Part shown: positions 22,091 through 34,830 of the stretch, piece after piece
How the letters are laid out: every line of letters begins with the position of its first letter
How positions within the stretch are numbered: the first letter of the stretch is position 1
Source: Octopus bimaculoides
Taxonomy: Eukaryota
Direction: 5' to 3'
NCBI RefSeq assembly: GCF_001194135.2
Contig: NC_068981.1
Coordinates: forward strand, 114,382,716-114,417,598
DNA: 34,883 bases
The notes under the pieces: model-generated
Seen by the model: only the letters and a program-made list of their open reading frames with translations
What the model was told of the DNA's origin: nothing
Database searches by the model: none
Position numbers and translations under genes: made by a program

Positions 22091-22165
22091 GGACCGTTTA
22101 GTTCAATGGTACAGAGCGCTCAGCCGAAAATTAAGAAGTACGGATTTCGATTCTCTGTAGCAGTT
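22091..22165 (+). pseudogene. Decayed tRNA-like sequence (anticodon position GAA, Phe-like) or tRNA-derived SINE head
   Basis: A-box-like TAGTTCAATGGT, then AGAGCG, anticodon loop CCGAAAA and B-box-like TTCGATTC, in tRNA spacing; the stems pair imperfectly. Confidence 0.35.
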
Positions 22166-22399
22166 TGCAACCCATATATTTTACATCTATAACGGTATTT
22201 TACCCTAATAGATGGATATCTACTTCATTTCTAAAATTTCTCCGCCGTTACGTTTTACAGTCACCGAATCACTCGTTCTTATACGTAAACAACAATTAAT
22301 AAATATCACGATGTGTACAAAGCTTTGTCAAGCTGAAACTAATTTATTAGAGGGCACTAAGCAGCGATGATTAAAATTTAGTTATATTTAATACTTTCC

Positions 22400-22925
22400 T
22401 GTACACGCAAACCTGAATGACCTTCGTTGTGGATACTGTCTCAGAAAATAAATTGCCCTTATAGAAAATGTGCATGAAATTACACCTCTGAGCTGTGAAT
22501 GATGTCATTGAAACTTATGGCACGTATTTGTCGTTGTCATGCTCTATCAGTCACGGATAACGAATCGGCATTTGTAAGTTTAAAGATAAGAAGGGCAGTT
22601 AGTTCTTAATAGGTTATAAACTAAAGATAGCCAAGGATATTGTATTTCTGATCAGTTTCACAGAAACATTATTATTTCTTAGATTAATATTCTAAAATCA
22701 TAAATTTAGAGGAAGGTTTTGTGATAGTGCAATTTACATGCTTTTCAAAATTTTTGTGATATAAATGATGTAACTTACTGATTAAAGTTACCAAGAAGTT
22801 TAAGACATCAGGGTTATGAGGCCCAGGAAATAAGATCGAATGACGTCTATCACTTTTCCGATATCTTTAGTAGAATGTATGAACTGGGATGCCCATCCTC
22901 CAGGGCAACACCTTCTCCATTCTGT
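22400..22925 (+). mobile_element. Possible very decayed Ty3/Gypsy-type (retroviral-like) integrase
   Basis: Collinear motifs in different frames: FVVDTVSE (22424), VIE, SVTDNESAFVS (22550), NWDAH (22882) and RATP/SPF (22902), matching the order VVDxxS...VTDNGxxFxS...WDxxL..YRxTP..SPF. Confidence 0.35.
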
Positions 22926-23600
22926 TCGTTGGAATCATGAGGCGGACTGACAAGTCTTTTTATGTAAAGAAATTATCTATTACCCTGTTTATAACAATCA
23001 TTACTGGGATCGTTACAATCAGAAATGGAAAATGAAGTGGAATAATGTAAATAACTGTCAAAATCTATATAAAGTTTTTACTTCATTGACAAGGGATTGA
23101 TTTTGACCAAGATAATATGATTTTTTTTTAACCGTAATGTATAATAGCGTCTGATATATCAAACTAAACAGCAAATACAAATGCAAAAATAAAAGTGTAA
23201 CAGAAATTAAAAATAAGTAGAAATATAATAATGAATAAAGAAAATAAATAGAAATGCTCGGAAATCGAATAAAAGGAGTTGAGAGAAAATGACATATGGT
23301 TTGTATATTTTGAAGATATTGGAATTTTTCATCATTGTGTATCGAAGGCTGGAAGTTACAGAAATTAACACATACATTTACTCCTGTCTTTGCAGACTGA
23401 TTACTATTTCTACTTGAATAAATATATCCGCCATCTTTCATCATAAATAGGAGATAAAAGCAAAACATTTTGCTCTCTTGGTATTTATTTTGCTTTTAGA
23501 TCTATAGGTATTATTTAGTTTATTGGACATTCTTTTAAAAAGAAGTTGTTCTCATGTAAAGATTGTGTCCATGTGTACATGCATGTATGCGTATGTATGT

Positions 23601-24075
23601 ATCACCACCTGTGTATCATACACAGTTGTAAGGTATGATACTGTGATTTTTGTCTGAGAGAATATTTCTTCATAGACATATTGTCTTTAAAATACAACTT
23701 CTATATCGGAGCGAGACGGACGTCATCGCAGAGGTAATTCATAAGAGTAACAGATGCGCTTTCCCCGACTTGGGGTTTGCCACTGCCGTGTCCCTATTTG
23801 TCACATGCTCACACGGAGATTGCGCTTCGATATATTTCGAAATAGGGAATAATATATTCACTGGTATTGCGGAAAGCTTGCCGTATTGTAAAAAATTCGA
23901 TGAACGCGATTGAAACAGTATTAAATTAAAATCACCATTTGTGTATCATATTAAACGTGTATAACCGCCGAAAAGCATGATGGCGTGGTTTTTGTCTGAG
24001 ATAGAAATCTTTTCATAGACATGTATTAAACGTACAATATATATCGGAGTCGAACATTTTCACAACAGTTATCAA
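23601..24075 (+). repeat. Degenerate tandem duplication, period ~330 bp
   Basis: ATCACCA..TGTGTATCATA (23601 / 23931), TTTTTGTCTGAGA...TTCATAGACAT and TATATCGGAG recur in register. Confidence 0.75.
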
Positions 24076-24599
24076 TAGATGTGATTATTTTAGAAGTTGG
24101 ATTCACTAATTAGTCTGCATTTTCAAGCAATCGTCTGATCGAGAAGGTAAAACGTAACTAAAACAAAAATAATTATCAGAGTACATAGGGTCACAAATCA
24201 ACTGCGATATGCATGTTTAGAATACCTTCAAAGAAGATCATAATGATCAGACACAGCAGAAAGAGGTACAGGCGGAAAAGATAGATATAAATAGGGGTGG
24301 GGCGATGGATAAAATAAAAGAGTAATCACAATTTGCAGTCTTGAATGGAAGGAATAATGAATGCCTGGACACCTAAAGGAATCGAAAGATAAGTTATATC
24401 CTAATAAGTGACTCTGGTCAGAATGATATAATTTAAAAAATATATGAAGTAGCAAAATATTATTATAATATTTCATAATTAAAAATAATGTTTAACAAAT
24501 CAATGGTAAAAACTGATAGTAATAAGAATACACAATATAAATGTACAAAAGTATATATACTCGCATACGTTCAGATAATATTGCCATAATAAAGGACAG

Positions 24600-25195
24600 G
24601 AAATTAAGTAGTATCAGTTATGGCCTAAGTGTGAATATTAATCATTGTAATTTACCAAATCCTAGCCCAACTATTTTTACCAGTATTAGTAATAATATTT
24701 GTACTATGAATCTTATATTGCACCAACTATGATAAAAATAATTGTAGTTTTTTCTTTACTACTTAGTTTAAAGGATCATTTATGTAATAATAGAGATAGG
24801 GATAATTGCCATTAAGATAACTAACACCATCGTAAGAACATAGTGTTTGAATGCTTCATTCTCACATCTGACAGTCTATCACTATATCGGAAGCAAGGCG
24901 ACGGAATTTAAGGCGAGATCAAGTAAATGAATTCTTTTAAGGATAGGAAGAAACGACACACAACTTCATTAGCTATGTTAATCTGGAAATTTAAAGGAGT
25001 AAATCACTACACTTCCTGGTCCATTATATGGACGGTATCAAGGAGTGATGGTGGCTGCTACTTATGTTCTACCGAAGTGCCTGCGATTCAGAGATGCAAA
25101 TCGGATCTTATTAATGAGCTTAATGAACTAATAGTCAAATGCCAGCATTGTATTAATAAAACAGTCTTAAAATTTAGTTTACCCAACTTATAAGT
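24600..25195 (+). mobile_element. Penelope-like element relic: Cys linker plus GIY-YIG endonuclease C-terminus
   Basis: CNNRDRDNCH*DN*HHRKNIVFEC / YIGSKATEFKAR / SFKDRKKRHTTSLAMLIWKFKG...WSII...CYLCSTE...LINELNELIVKCQH matches the PLE consensus CNCR..CPL..C...NIVY...YIG.T...FK.R...SF...TxLS..IW.LK...W.I...C.LC..EK..I...LN.R.EL..KCRH. Confidence 0.85.
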
Positions 25196-25693
25196 TATCT
25201 AACGTATACATATGCGCATATATATTATACTGACTGAATTTATTTTCTCTCAGCTATTACACTTCATCCCAAGTAGTCTTCGATTATAGTTACAAAACCT
25301 GAAATTACCCTACCATCTAAACTTAATATACTAACTTATTTTCTCGACCCTAAATATCCTTAGCTTTAGACTACATTATATTGTAAGTCTGTTAACTATT
25401 TCGTCCTAATGTATTCATTACATATCTATTTATCAGATTACTATATATGCATGCGCATATACATATACATGCATCTAGGTATATGAGTGGTATATGTGCA
25501 AGTGTGAGTGTGTATATGTATGTATATGTGTATAGGTATGTTACAACGTCACTCCCTGTTATTGTGATCTTTCGACCCCTCTAAGAGATAATGTATTTGA
25601 ACCTAACCTTTTACTATATCTCGAGACCACGAAGAAAACATTCTTTAAGCCATTCTTTTTCAAAAGTCCTAGTTTTGTCTCTATATCCTAGAC

Positions 25694-26035
25694 CATAGGT
25701 TCTCAAAGTGGGCGCTACCGCCCCGGTATGCGCTACCGCCCCGGTGGGCGTTCAGAGGGTGCAGGTGGGCGCCGGTGTCTAAGGAGGTGGTGCGGGGAGC
25801 GGCGGTAGAGAAAAAGGCGGCATTGGGAGGAAGGCAATGGATTGGGGGACGCTATGAATTTATAATATTATTATAGTATTGTATATAAATTATATAATAT
25901 ATCAAATATCAAATGATTCATAGTAAACATAAATTAGTAAAATATAAAATATTTATTTATACATAAAAATAGGGGTGGGGCGCTGAGGATATTATATGGC
26001 TATGAGGGTGACGGTGGCTCAAAAAGTTTGAGAAC
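25694..26035. mobile_element. hAT (Charlie-like) derived MITE, decayed
   Basis: Left end CATAGGTTCTCAAAGTGGGCG...GCCCC, right end AAAAAGTTTGAGAAC (reverse complement GTTCTCAAA). GC-rich subterminal GGGGCG motifs and an internal tandem duplication of GCGCTACCGCCCCGGT. Confidence 0.65.
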
Positions 26036-26463
26036 TTCATTTCAAAACTCATGCAATAAATCAGAAAAGGAGTATAAAGATTAGGTTTTAGAAAGTACGA
26101 ATTTCTGAGGCAAATCGCAAATAGTCTTGACTAGTGACAAGTCATCATAGAAGTGAAGAAAGATGGAACATCAGAACTTCAGAAATCAAACAGCAGAAAG
26201 GGAGAGAAGTGAGTTTTTAAATGCAGGATTCGACTAGAGCAAAAATATAGATTTTGAATCTGACACAGCTGTCTTCATTGGCAAATATCGCTAACATAGG
26301 TCTATTGTGGCACAAAATTTGGAAAAGAGGAGTTTCAAGCATGTATTGTTTAAGTGGGATGTTAAAATTACAGCCCAGCAGAATAGAGCTTGTTTTTAAA
26401 GCAAGAAGTTACAATTTGTTTTTCAAATGACTTCTTTTAGAGCTACTTAAATATCTTCTAAAC

Positions 26464-26570
26464 CAAATGTTCTCAACAGGGGCTTTTTGGAGCAAAGAGG
26501 CACAAGGAGGGCGTTAAGAAACTTCGGGGCGCTAGGGGGTGCTAGGGGGCGCTGGAAGACCCTCGTCTTT
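26464..26570 (+). mobile_element. hAT-like MITE left-end fragment
   Basis: CAAATGTTCTCAACAGGGG resembles CAGTGGTTCTCAAC ends and is followed by GGGGCGCTAGGGGG repeats; no right end found. Confidence 0.4.
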
Positions 26571-27528
26571 GGTAAGTTTAATTTCAAATTAACGAGTAGT
26601 AGCCATATTTTCATATCCCTGCGACAGTCAGTTTAAAAAAAACATGCCTTTTTGTTTCAAATTTTCAGAAACTTAAAAATCCCTTTTGCCACTTTGACGA
26701 CACCAAGCAAATTCCGGGTACCAAGTGTAACTGGTGTCGCTAAAGCGAAACCCCAAAACAAAAACAAAAAACAAAGACAGATGAATAGTGATAGACAATT
26801 AAAAGAAAAAAAAGTAATGAATAAAAGCGAAAAGCTGAATACGTGTGTGTTTGTGTGCAAATATAAAGAATGGTGGTCAGAATTTTGGATCAAACTGGCT
26901 CTTGGGAGTGGCTGATAGGTATGTATTTGTGTATGTGTGAGTATGTATGGGTATGTTTGTATGTATAATGATTGCGTACGTTGTCGTTTTGAATCCTTTC
27001 TGCGATTGAACATAAATTGACCCCTGGCTATTAAATACACCCCCCACACACACACACATTTGTTTTAGGTTTTGTACCCGTTTGAACTGCGGCTATACAC
27101 CAGATAATGCGCTAAGTCTTATGTTCTGAAATTTAAATTTTGAATTTGTTTTAATTATAAAATTACACCCCAGCTAAAAGCACATCTTTTGGCTTTGGAA
27201 AACAGAACCTTTTCTTTCTCTCTCTATATTATTTATCAAGTTAGAATTTTTCTGTTTTGGTCAGGATTTTCCAATTTCCTGTATCAAGTAATGGGCAGAA
27301 ATATTTTTAAAAAAATTAAATTCATAGAGCCAAACAAAACCAAAAATATTAAATTTAATGGAGAGGAGTAAACATTTTCCCTTTCCTTAATAATAACAAG
27401 AACAGATTATGAGGGAGAATTGGATGTAACTTCTAGAAAATTGAACAACCACACAAAGAGTACTTCATTGGCTCATTTGTTGATGTGTATAAGTAAACAA
27501 AAGCTAAAGGAAAAACAGACACTAGCAA

Positions 27529-27582
<54 letters not shown>

Positions 27583-27694
27583 GAATGGGCTGAATTATGT
27601 TGTAAGCACTTGCTAAAACCCCTCATAACCTCTTTATTTTTACGAATTTTCAAAACAGTCTTTTCGATTCTATCTTTGATTATGCACCCCACCC

Positions 27695-28059
27695 ATTTTA
27701 TTTTTAATTCGTGGTTTTAAAATACGGACAGTCCGAATCTACCATTAGTTTCTCATTATAATTTCCAAATAATTTTTAATACTTTTATGGAAGAAAGTCA
27801 ATTGACGGTCTTCACACTTTTTCACATAATCCTGGACTTTATATGTGAAATGCCAGTAACATGCTGCATGTCCATCAGCAATATTAGCAGACAGACAGCC
27901 TTGCAGCGGTACGACATATAGTCCAAGTAGAGGAAAGCATTCTTTTGAAGAGGAAAAACGAAGTTGGAAGAGTGGGGAAGACGTTTTGGATACTTGTGAT
28001 TGCCGTACCGACGATGTGCCAGTTTTTATGTGTGTATGTGTGNNNNNNNNNNNNNNNNN

Positions 28060-28131
<72 letters not shown>

Positions 28132-28638
28132 ACAAAGCCTAATGGTGTGAATTTTCTAAAATTCCTGTAGGGACAAATGGTTTTCACAATGAATTCCAAT
28201 TTAATCGGAATCTATATGATCTGAAGCATATTTGTAGAAAATAAGTATTTAATTTTCTCACGTTTATGAAGAAGCAAATCTTTGGGGCACAGTTGTGTAT
28301 ATGTCGAAATATTTATATATATACAAGAATGGGTATAAAACTAACTCTGTAAAAATGTGTGTGTGTGTGTGTGTGTGTGTATTTATTTGTATGTTTCTGA
28401 ATGCATTTATACATGTAAATGTATAAGTTTCAGATTTTAGAATAATGGAATAAAAGTCAGTCATAAGAAGAGATCGCCCAAAACTTTATTTCCTTAATTT
28501 TTAACTGCTGTTTCGAGTAAATATATTTACGCACTTTTGAGTTTGAAGTATTTAAAAAATTATCTGGAAATTATAAAGAGAAATGACTGGTAGATTCGAA
28601 CCGTCTGTATTTTAAAACCACGAATTAAAAATAAAAAT
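27695..28638. repeat. ~90-bp inverted repeat pair (27695..27784 / 28546..28638), possibly the TIRs of an internally deleted DNA transposon
   Basis: ATTTTATTTTTAATTCGTGGTTTTAAAATACGGACAGTCCGAATCTACCATTAGTTTCTCATTATAATTTCCAAATAATTTTTAATACTT matches the reverse complement of the right arm at roughly 85-90%. Confidence 0.85.
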
Positions 28639-30885
28639 TTGTGTGTCAAATTTTTTTGAAGTTCATAGTTTCATAGGAATAAGCGTGGAAAACTGCATCA
28701 AGATAACCAATTTTCAGATTTTTTACTTCCTTGAAAAAAATGCAGATTTTGTGAGTGAACCAAACTAGATCCTAAATAAGAAATGAATGTTTAATATGAC
28801 AAATTTTCAGATTGTTTCATGTCGTTTTAAAAGGGGGCTGATTTTGTGATTCAAACTAACTAGATCCATGTACAGTGAGTACCATCCTCCACAATTTGCT
28901 ACTCATATGAAGTACATATGTATTTCAACAATTTCTATCAAATACACTCTCTTTCTTGGGCATAAAAGTCCTCTTCTCAGGTGACAACTTATATGTCACG
29001 TTGTTGCACAAGTTCTAACTGTTTTGATAAGGGAAATCGGAAAAGTTTGAAATGATTTAATCGGCATTTACTTGTACCACAGAGCACTCTTTCGATAGAC
29101 AATACGTTGATCTCATAAGTTTCGTGTAGCCTAAATAAACGCAATTACCTAACTTTCAGTTCATTATTTGGTTGTTGTTTTTTGGTTTTTTTTTGCATTT
29201 CAGTATGTACATCTGCACTCCTGACTGTACATATATGACAAATGTGTTATTAAAAGGACGAAATAAAATAACGTAGTGCTGTTTTATTATCGGGCGCCTT
29301 TATAGCTATCAGTCAGATTTAATTATTATTAAATTATTTCAAAAGTTGTGTTTCAACCGTAACTCTGAAAACTAGAAATGTATATTGTTTTGTAACTTAT
29401 CTATTGATATTCTATAGCCTTTTCCACGAACAAAAATGGTGTTTCAGATTTGTGAAAAGGAATATGAATCGTTCACGTTATTTTAAGGGTAGTATACACC
29501 CCTCTAGGTTTTTATCACAACTTGATCTCAATATTGTAAACTAATAAAACATTTCTTATTTAGTCACTACTCGTACTGTCAGCATTTCTAATAACTATTT
29601 GATGATGTTTATTTGATGTGAAGCATACTGAGCTATTTGGCCATAGATATTAAGCAGTAAAGATATTTCAACATATTATCGACCTTGCTATCACTAGCTA
29701 GCAACAATTTCCTTCAAAATAAGAGAGTTTATTCTTTGAGACTCTTCGTCTTTATTATGCTATGGGCTATATTTTAGCTTAAAACTATCTAATAAATCCG
29801 GAAGACTACAGTTTACATATGAGATATTTAAATAAATTATGGTGGAGAGATTAAAGATAAAATAAAATTCGTTTTGATCATAAATTTCATTCTTTGATGT
29901 AAATCACAGAACGAAAGCTGGTCTAATCTTTCGAAATAAAACCAACATAAAGTAGATACTTAACAAAGTGAATCTTAAGAAAGTTAACTGTAGTTTTGTC
30001 AGTCCACTTATTGATTGAATATGCAGGGCATAGGTTAACTGGCTATTTTCATTTTTTTTCCCCGTAGGACAAAAATTGTCAAGTTACTGCTTAGCTGATT
30101 GATATTGTGACTAACTGTGTGAGATATGCCTTCGTAGAATAGTTGTGGAGCTAATATCGATTTCTAGAAATTCTTGATCGGGTACAATCATTCTTTTCTT
30201 TTTTACTTGCGGTTTTTGGATAAAATTTCCCCATCATTTCAGTATATTCTGAATAATAATACCAATAATTATAACAGATGAGGTGCACGCAGAACAGGCG
30301 GATGCATACAATAACGCATCTATTCCTTCTCAATACATCCTGACAGATTCGAGCATGTTTTTCATCAAAGATTAACATCGCTTCCCTTTAGACGATGAGT
30401 GTTCATAACACATGTGACTCATCTGTGTAGAGAGTCTTTGGGCCCCGCAGTATGTCTTCTCAATCCCCTTACACCGGTGAATCGCGTGAGTTATGAATTC
30501 ACATCTTATAAAGAGAGGATGAAAACAGAAGCGAACAGATATTCATGTTCAAATCTGCCAGGATATATTGAGAATGAACAGTTTTGTTTTGGTTTGAATT
30601 CTCCCATTTCTGTGGGCACCACATGAGTTATTATGTTTAGCAGACATGAGTACGTTCCAGCAAATAGTTTGTTTGTTGACTTCTATAAACAAACGTCTGT
30701 ACTCTTGTTAGATTCATCTGTCTGGTAAGAGAGCTTTGACTAAGGAGACACATTAATAGGCATTAGTCGATAAAATAGAGCCTAGCCCTTGTTTGTTACA
30801 TTATTTTATCAATTTCGAATTAGAAGCATTAATATAAATGCTTCCACAATAGTTTCTTTTAAATTTCAAGTGCCGTGAGAAATTT

Positions 30886-31323
30886 TATTTTATCTTTCAG
30901 CATTTAGTTGTTTCAGTAATTGGATAGGGGCCGTGCTGAGGCACTGCCTTAAAGGGTTTGACTGAAAAAATTCGACCCCAGCACTTTTTTGGGGGGGGGA
31001 TAATTATCTTATCGGTATCTTTTGCTGAACCGCTAAGTTACGGAACGTAAACAAACCAACACTAGATGTTGAGTGAAATGGGCAAACACAGCAAACTACA
31101 AATACAAACGCACATACACACAAACGCACACGCATACAAACACACAGACACACACACACATGATATACCGATATATGACCCGCTTCCTCACAGTTTACGT
31201 TTGCAAAATTCACTTAAAAGGTATTGATAACAGAAGAAACTAGTCCAAGATATCACACAGTGGGACCGAACTCGAAACATGGTTGCAAAGCGAGATTCTT
31301 GACTTTACAACTATGCCTGCGCC
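30886..31323 (-). mobile_element. Octopus tRNA-derived SINE, antisense, with an internal (CA)n-rich tract
   Basis: Reverse complement of the SINE at 21393: head TAGGCGCAGGCATAG at 31324-31310, B-box-like GGTTCGGTCCC, and tail TTTGCTGAACCGCTAAGTTACGG...TCGACCCCAGCAC...GTTTCAGT. Confidence 0.85.
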
Positions 31324-31344
31324 TACCACGCAGCCATGCTTGGA

Positions 31345-31408
<64 letters not shown>

Positions 31409-31427
31409 CATCTGTGTGTGTGTGCGT

Positions 31428-31469
<42 letters not shown>
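31345..31469. repeat. (ATCT)n-(GT)n compound microsatellite
   Basis: Direct inspection. Confidence 0.96.
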
Positions 31470-31471
<2 letters not shown>

Positions 31472-32862
31472 CTGTGAATTCAGTTGTCAATATCGACGAA
31501 TGTCGATTGAGAGCCCTACGTGGTTTAGATTTCCGAATCAAATCTATTTCATTTCACTTACACCAACATCGCCCGATTTTCAATTTACTTTTCCTTATAA
31601 ACATAAAACTGTTGTCTAACTAATAGAAATCAATACTTTGTCGGTTTGTCAGTAGCAATAGTACAGCACCAAACACTTGCACAGCTTAACCTTCCAACTT
31701 TTCAAAAGAAATCAATATTCTTTTGCAGTGAGTGTCGAACGTAGAGCCAAAAAGAGACAACACAACTTCCATTGTCAGAAGCAACTATTTCACTTCACTC
31801 AAACTAATAATGCGATTAAGGAAAGTGACGACATTCCATTTCATTTAAGAAATAGTAGTTTAGTGTTTCTTTAAAGTGTCAAATAGAGTTATATTCAGTA
31901 AATATTTTTATTTTCATATGAAATCATTTCAGTAACATCCCAAATTTTCGTTATCAAAGCACGAAGTAAAGAGCTTTTTATTAACTATAATATATATATG
32001 AAACTGTGCCTATGAAAGAAGTCAACATTCGCCTATGAACCTATCAGTGCATAAAACAAAATAGAAGTTCTTCGTTAGCATGATTTATGGTCTGATTTCT
32101 ATTTTACTTGAAACTAAATTCCAGAAAACATAAATGCCAGATTTCTCACAAAATATGAAGTTTAAATAGGAGAGGTATAATTGGAATATTATTTAGCGGA
32201 AGAATATTAACAAAATATTAATCGCAGTTTCAAATTATGCAAACAAAAATTATATATTAGCATACAGTTTCCAGAATCCTTGAAAACAAAGCCACAGTAG
32301 ACCATTTCTTCTCCAAAAGGAATAAAAGCATACAACATACAAACAAAATATAGAAGTAGTATTTTCGAAAGATTTTCATACTTTCGGAGGTATTTAATTT
32401 ATATAAGACCAAGGGAAACAAATTTATATCCTTTTCCTTATTGAGCAAGTTTTTCCACATAAACAGTACTTTTGTATTATTCTGGACCACATCATCTCAT
32501 CCAGAAATGAAGTACTACTGCTCATTAAATTGGGCAGAAGTTATGGAGATTATAATATCTCGAAAAAATTTTAAATGTGAAACTTACTACGCTATAAAGG
32601 CTGTGAATCACTTACTACGGAGAGCACATTTCCATAAATGCTTTAATGCGAACCGCAAGTAATAATAATTTTGAAAGTTTAAAAATCATTTTTTTTATCT
32701 CATTTTTTTTTTTTTTTTTCAGATAGATCCAAAATTTTAGTTCTTAAGAAAACTTACTAATACTAAACTTTAATAAAAGATACCGACATTGGAAGAAAAC
32801 AATATTACAAGGTGCATTCCAGAAGTTTACAGACTTTTTAAGAAGAGACATTTATTAATTTC

Positions 32863-33160
32863 AAATAAGTACCAGTTGAGTACTGAGGTCCATGTAATCG
32901 ACTTAACTCCTCCCCCAAATTTTCAGGCTTTGTGCCTATAGTAGAAAGGATTATTATTAAGGCAGCGGGTTGGCAGAATCGTTAGCACGCCGGGCAAAAT
33001 GCTCGGCGGTATTTCGCCTGTTCTGAATTCAAATTCTGCCGAGGTCGATTTTCCCTTTTATCTTTTCGGAGTCCATGAAATAAGTACCAGTTGAACACTG
33101 GGGTCGATGTGATCGACTTACTGCATCCCCGCAAATTTCAGGCCTTGTGCCTATAATAGA

Positions 33161-33192
<32 letters not shown>

Positions 33193-33340
33193 GTTCAAAT
33201 TCTATCGAGGTCGACTTTGCCTTTCATCTTTTTTTGGGCCGATAAAATAAGTACCAGTAAAACAGCAGGGTCGATGAAATCGACTAGTTCTCTCTCCCCC
33301 AAATATTAGGCTTTGTGCATATAGTAGAAAGGATTATTAT
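32863..33340 (+). mobile_element. Three tandem copies of a second tRNA-derived SINE: tail only 32863..32958, full 32960..33191, 5'-truncated 33193..33340
   Basis: AAATAAGTACCAGT...GGTC(C/G)ATG..ATCGACT...GGC(T/C)TTGTGC.TATA.TAGAAAG..TTATTATT occurs three times. The middle copy has head GGCAGCGGGTTGGCAGAATCGTTAGCACGCCGGG, B-box-like TTCAAATTC and a (TTA)n tail. Confidence 0.92.
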
Positions 33341-33911
33341 TTGCAGTACTGTGGTACTGCGTCAGCTATAAACAACTACCCTGTCGGTTATAATTACCTG
33401 TATTTTCCTTCATAATGCTTTGATGAATTTCTTATTTACCTAAAGTACTGCCTTGATTTAGTAAATAAGTAAACTATAGTTTGGTAATAATTCAAATATG
33501 ATATGAGTGATAATATTTATGGTATGTTTTTTAATAGTGAAGATGTTACTATCTGACATTCCATCTTTAATACTTTTCCTTTTTTAAATCTTACGAGCTA
33601 AAATATAAAATCACATGTACATGAATGGTCTGCACAAAATACACACAAGTCTACACATATACGCATGCATATACACACATAAAATTGTTGATTCTTATGA
33701 TAATGACAGTGGTGAAGAAAATAACATTGGCTGTGGGGCGGCGGTGACGGCAGAATTGGTGTTGGTTTGGAAAAAGTGAATAGTGAAAGATATGGATGGA
33801 GATAGAGATATAGAGGTTATGAAAAAAATGAGATTACTAAAGAGACAGTGACATCAAACAGCCTCTCATTTTTTAAAAAATCGTGTCTTACTTTCTGTAT
33901 TCCTCAATCCA

Positions 33912-33982
33912 CCCTCTCTGTCTCTCTCTCTTTATCTCTCTCTCTCTCTCTTTCTCTCTCTCTCACACACACACACACACAC
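33912..33982. repeat. (CT)n-(CA)n microsatellite
   Basis: Direct inspection. Confidence 0.95.
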
Positions 33983-34595
33983 TCTTATTCTGTATCTTTT
34001 TCCATTCACCATTATCACCTGCATTACTGCTACAGTGTCTACTATCATTATAGTATCAGCATGTGTCGCTGTCCTCATCAGCAATCAACAGATTTTCTTA
34101 CTGTCTGAGTAGCATTGATGTTACGCACCTTTTAAGGAGTTCGATCTCAGGTACCAGCATTGCTTAGCCAGTCCAGTCCTAATCGTGCTTCCCCAAGAAA
34201 AGAGAGAAAAATAAAAATAAAAGCTATGTGGAAAAGTACATATCGTAGTAAGAAAGTATTGATTCTGTAGCCTTACCATGAAAGTAAGGAAAACCGTTTC
34301 CTTTCACGTTTCTAATTTCTTCGGTAAATCTTAATTTCCATCAATCTTGCGCAAGCAGTTACCTCTGGAACCAAACACGAAACTTAATGTTAAAAGTGGA
34401 AAAACTCGTTTCAGAGAGGAATATTAATTCGCTTTCCTTTGGCATTAAGTAAATTTAATATCGCTAAAATTATGAAAATAATCCGAAGATTCTAATTCAA
34501 TAAGGTTTCCATTCTGTTAAATGTCAATATTTAAAGTTCTAAGGACTTAAATATTGATTTCTAATAATGGTACAAAGCTGCAAATTTAAAAGTAT

Positions 34596-34627
34596 TGTAT
34601 GTATTTATGTATGTATGTATGTTCATG

Positions 34628-34696
<69 letters not shown>

Positions 34697-34796
34697 ATAT
34701 ATACAAATATATATATATACATATATATACACATACATATATATACATACATATATACATATATTATATACACATACATACATATATTTATGTGTG

Positions 34797-34830
<34 letters not shown>

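Noticed and set aside
30278-30374. Possible terminal exon (DEVHAEQADAYNNASIPSQYILTDSSMFFIKD*)
   Set aside because: Weak acceptor, no homology recognised and no upstream partner exon.
32806-32860. Mariner-like left TIR (TACAAGGTGCATTCCAGAAGTT)
   Set aside because: No matching right end or transposase sequence; too short to support.
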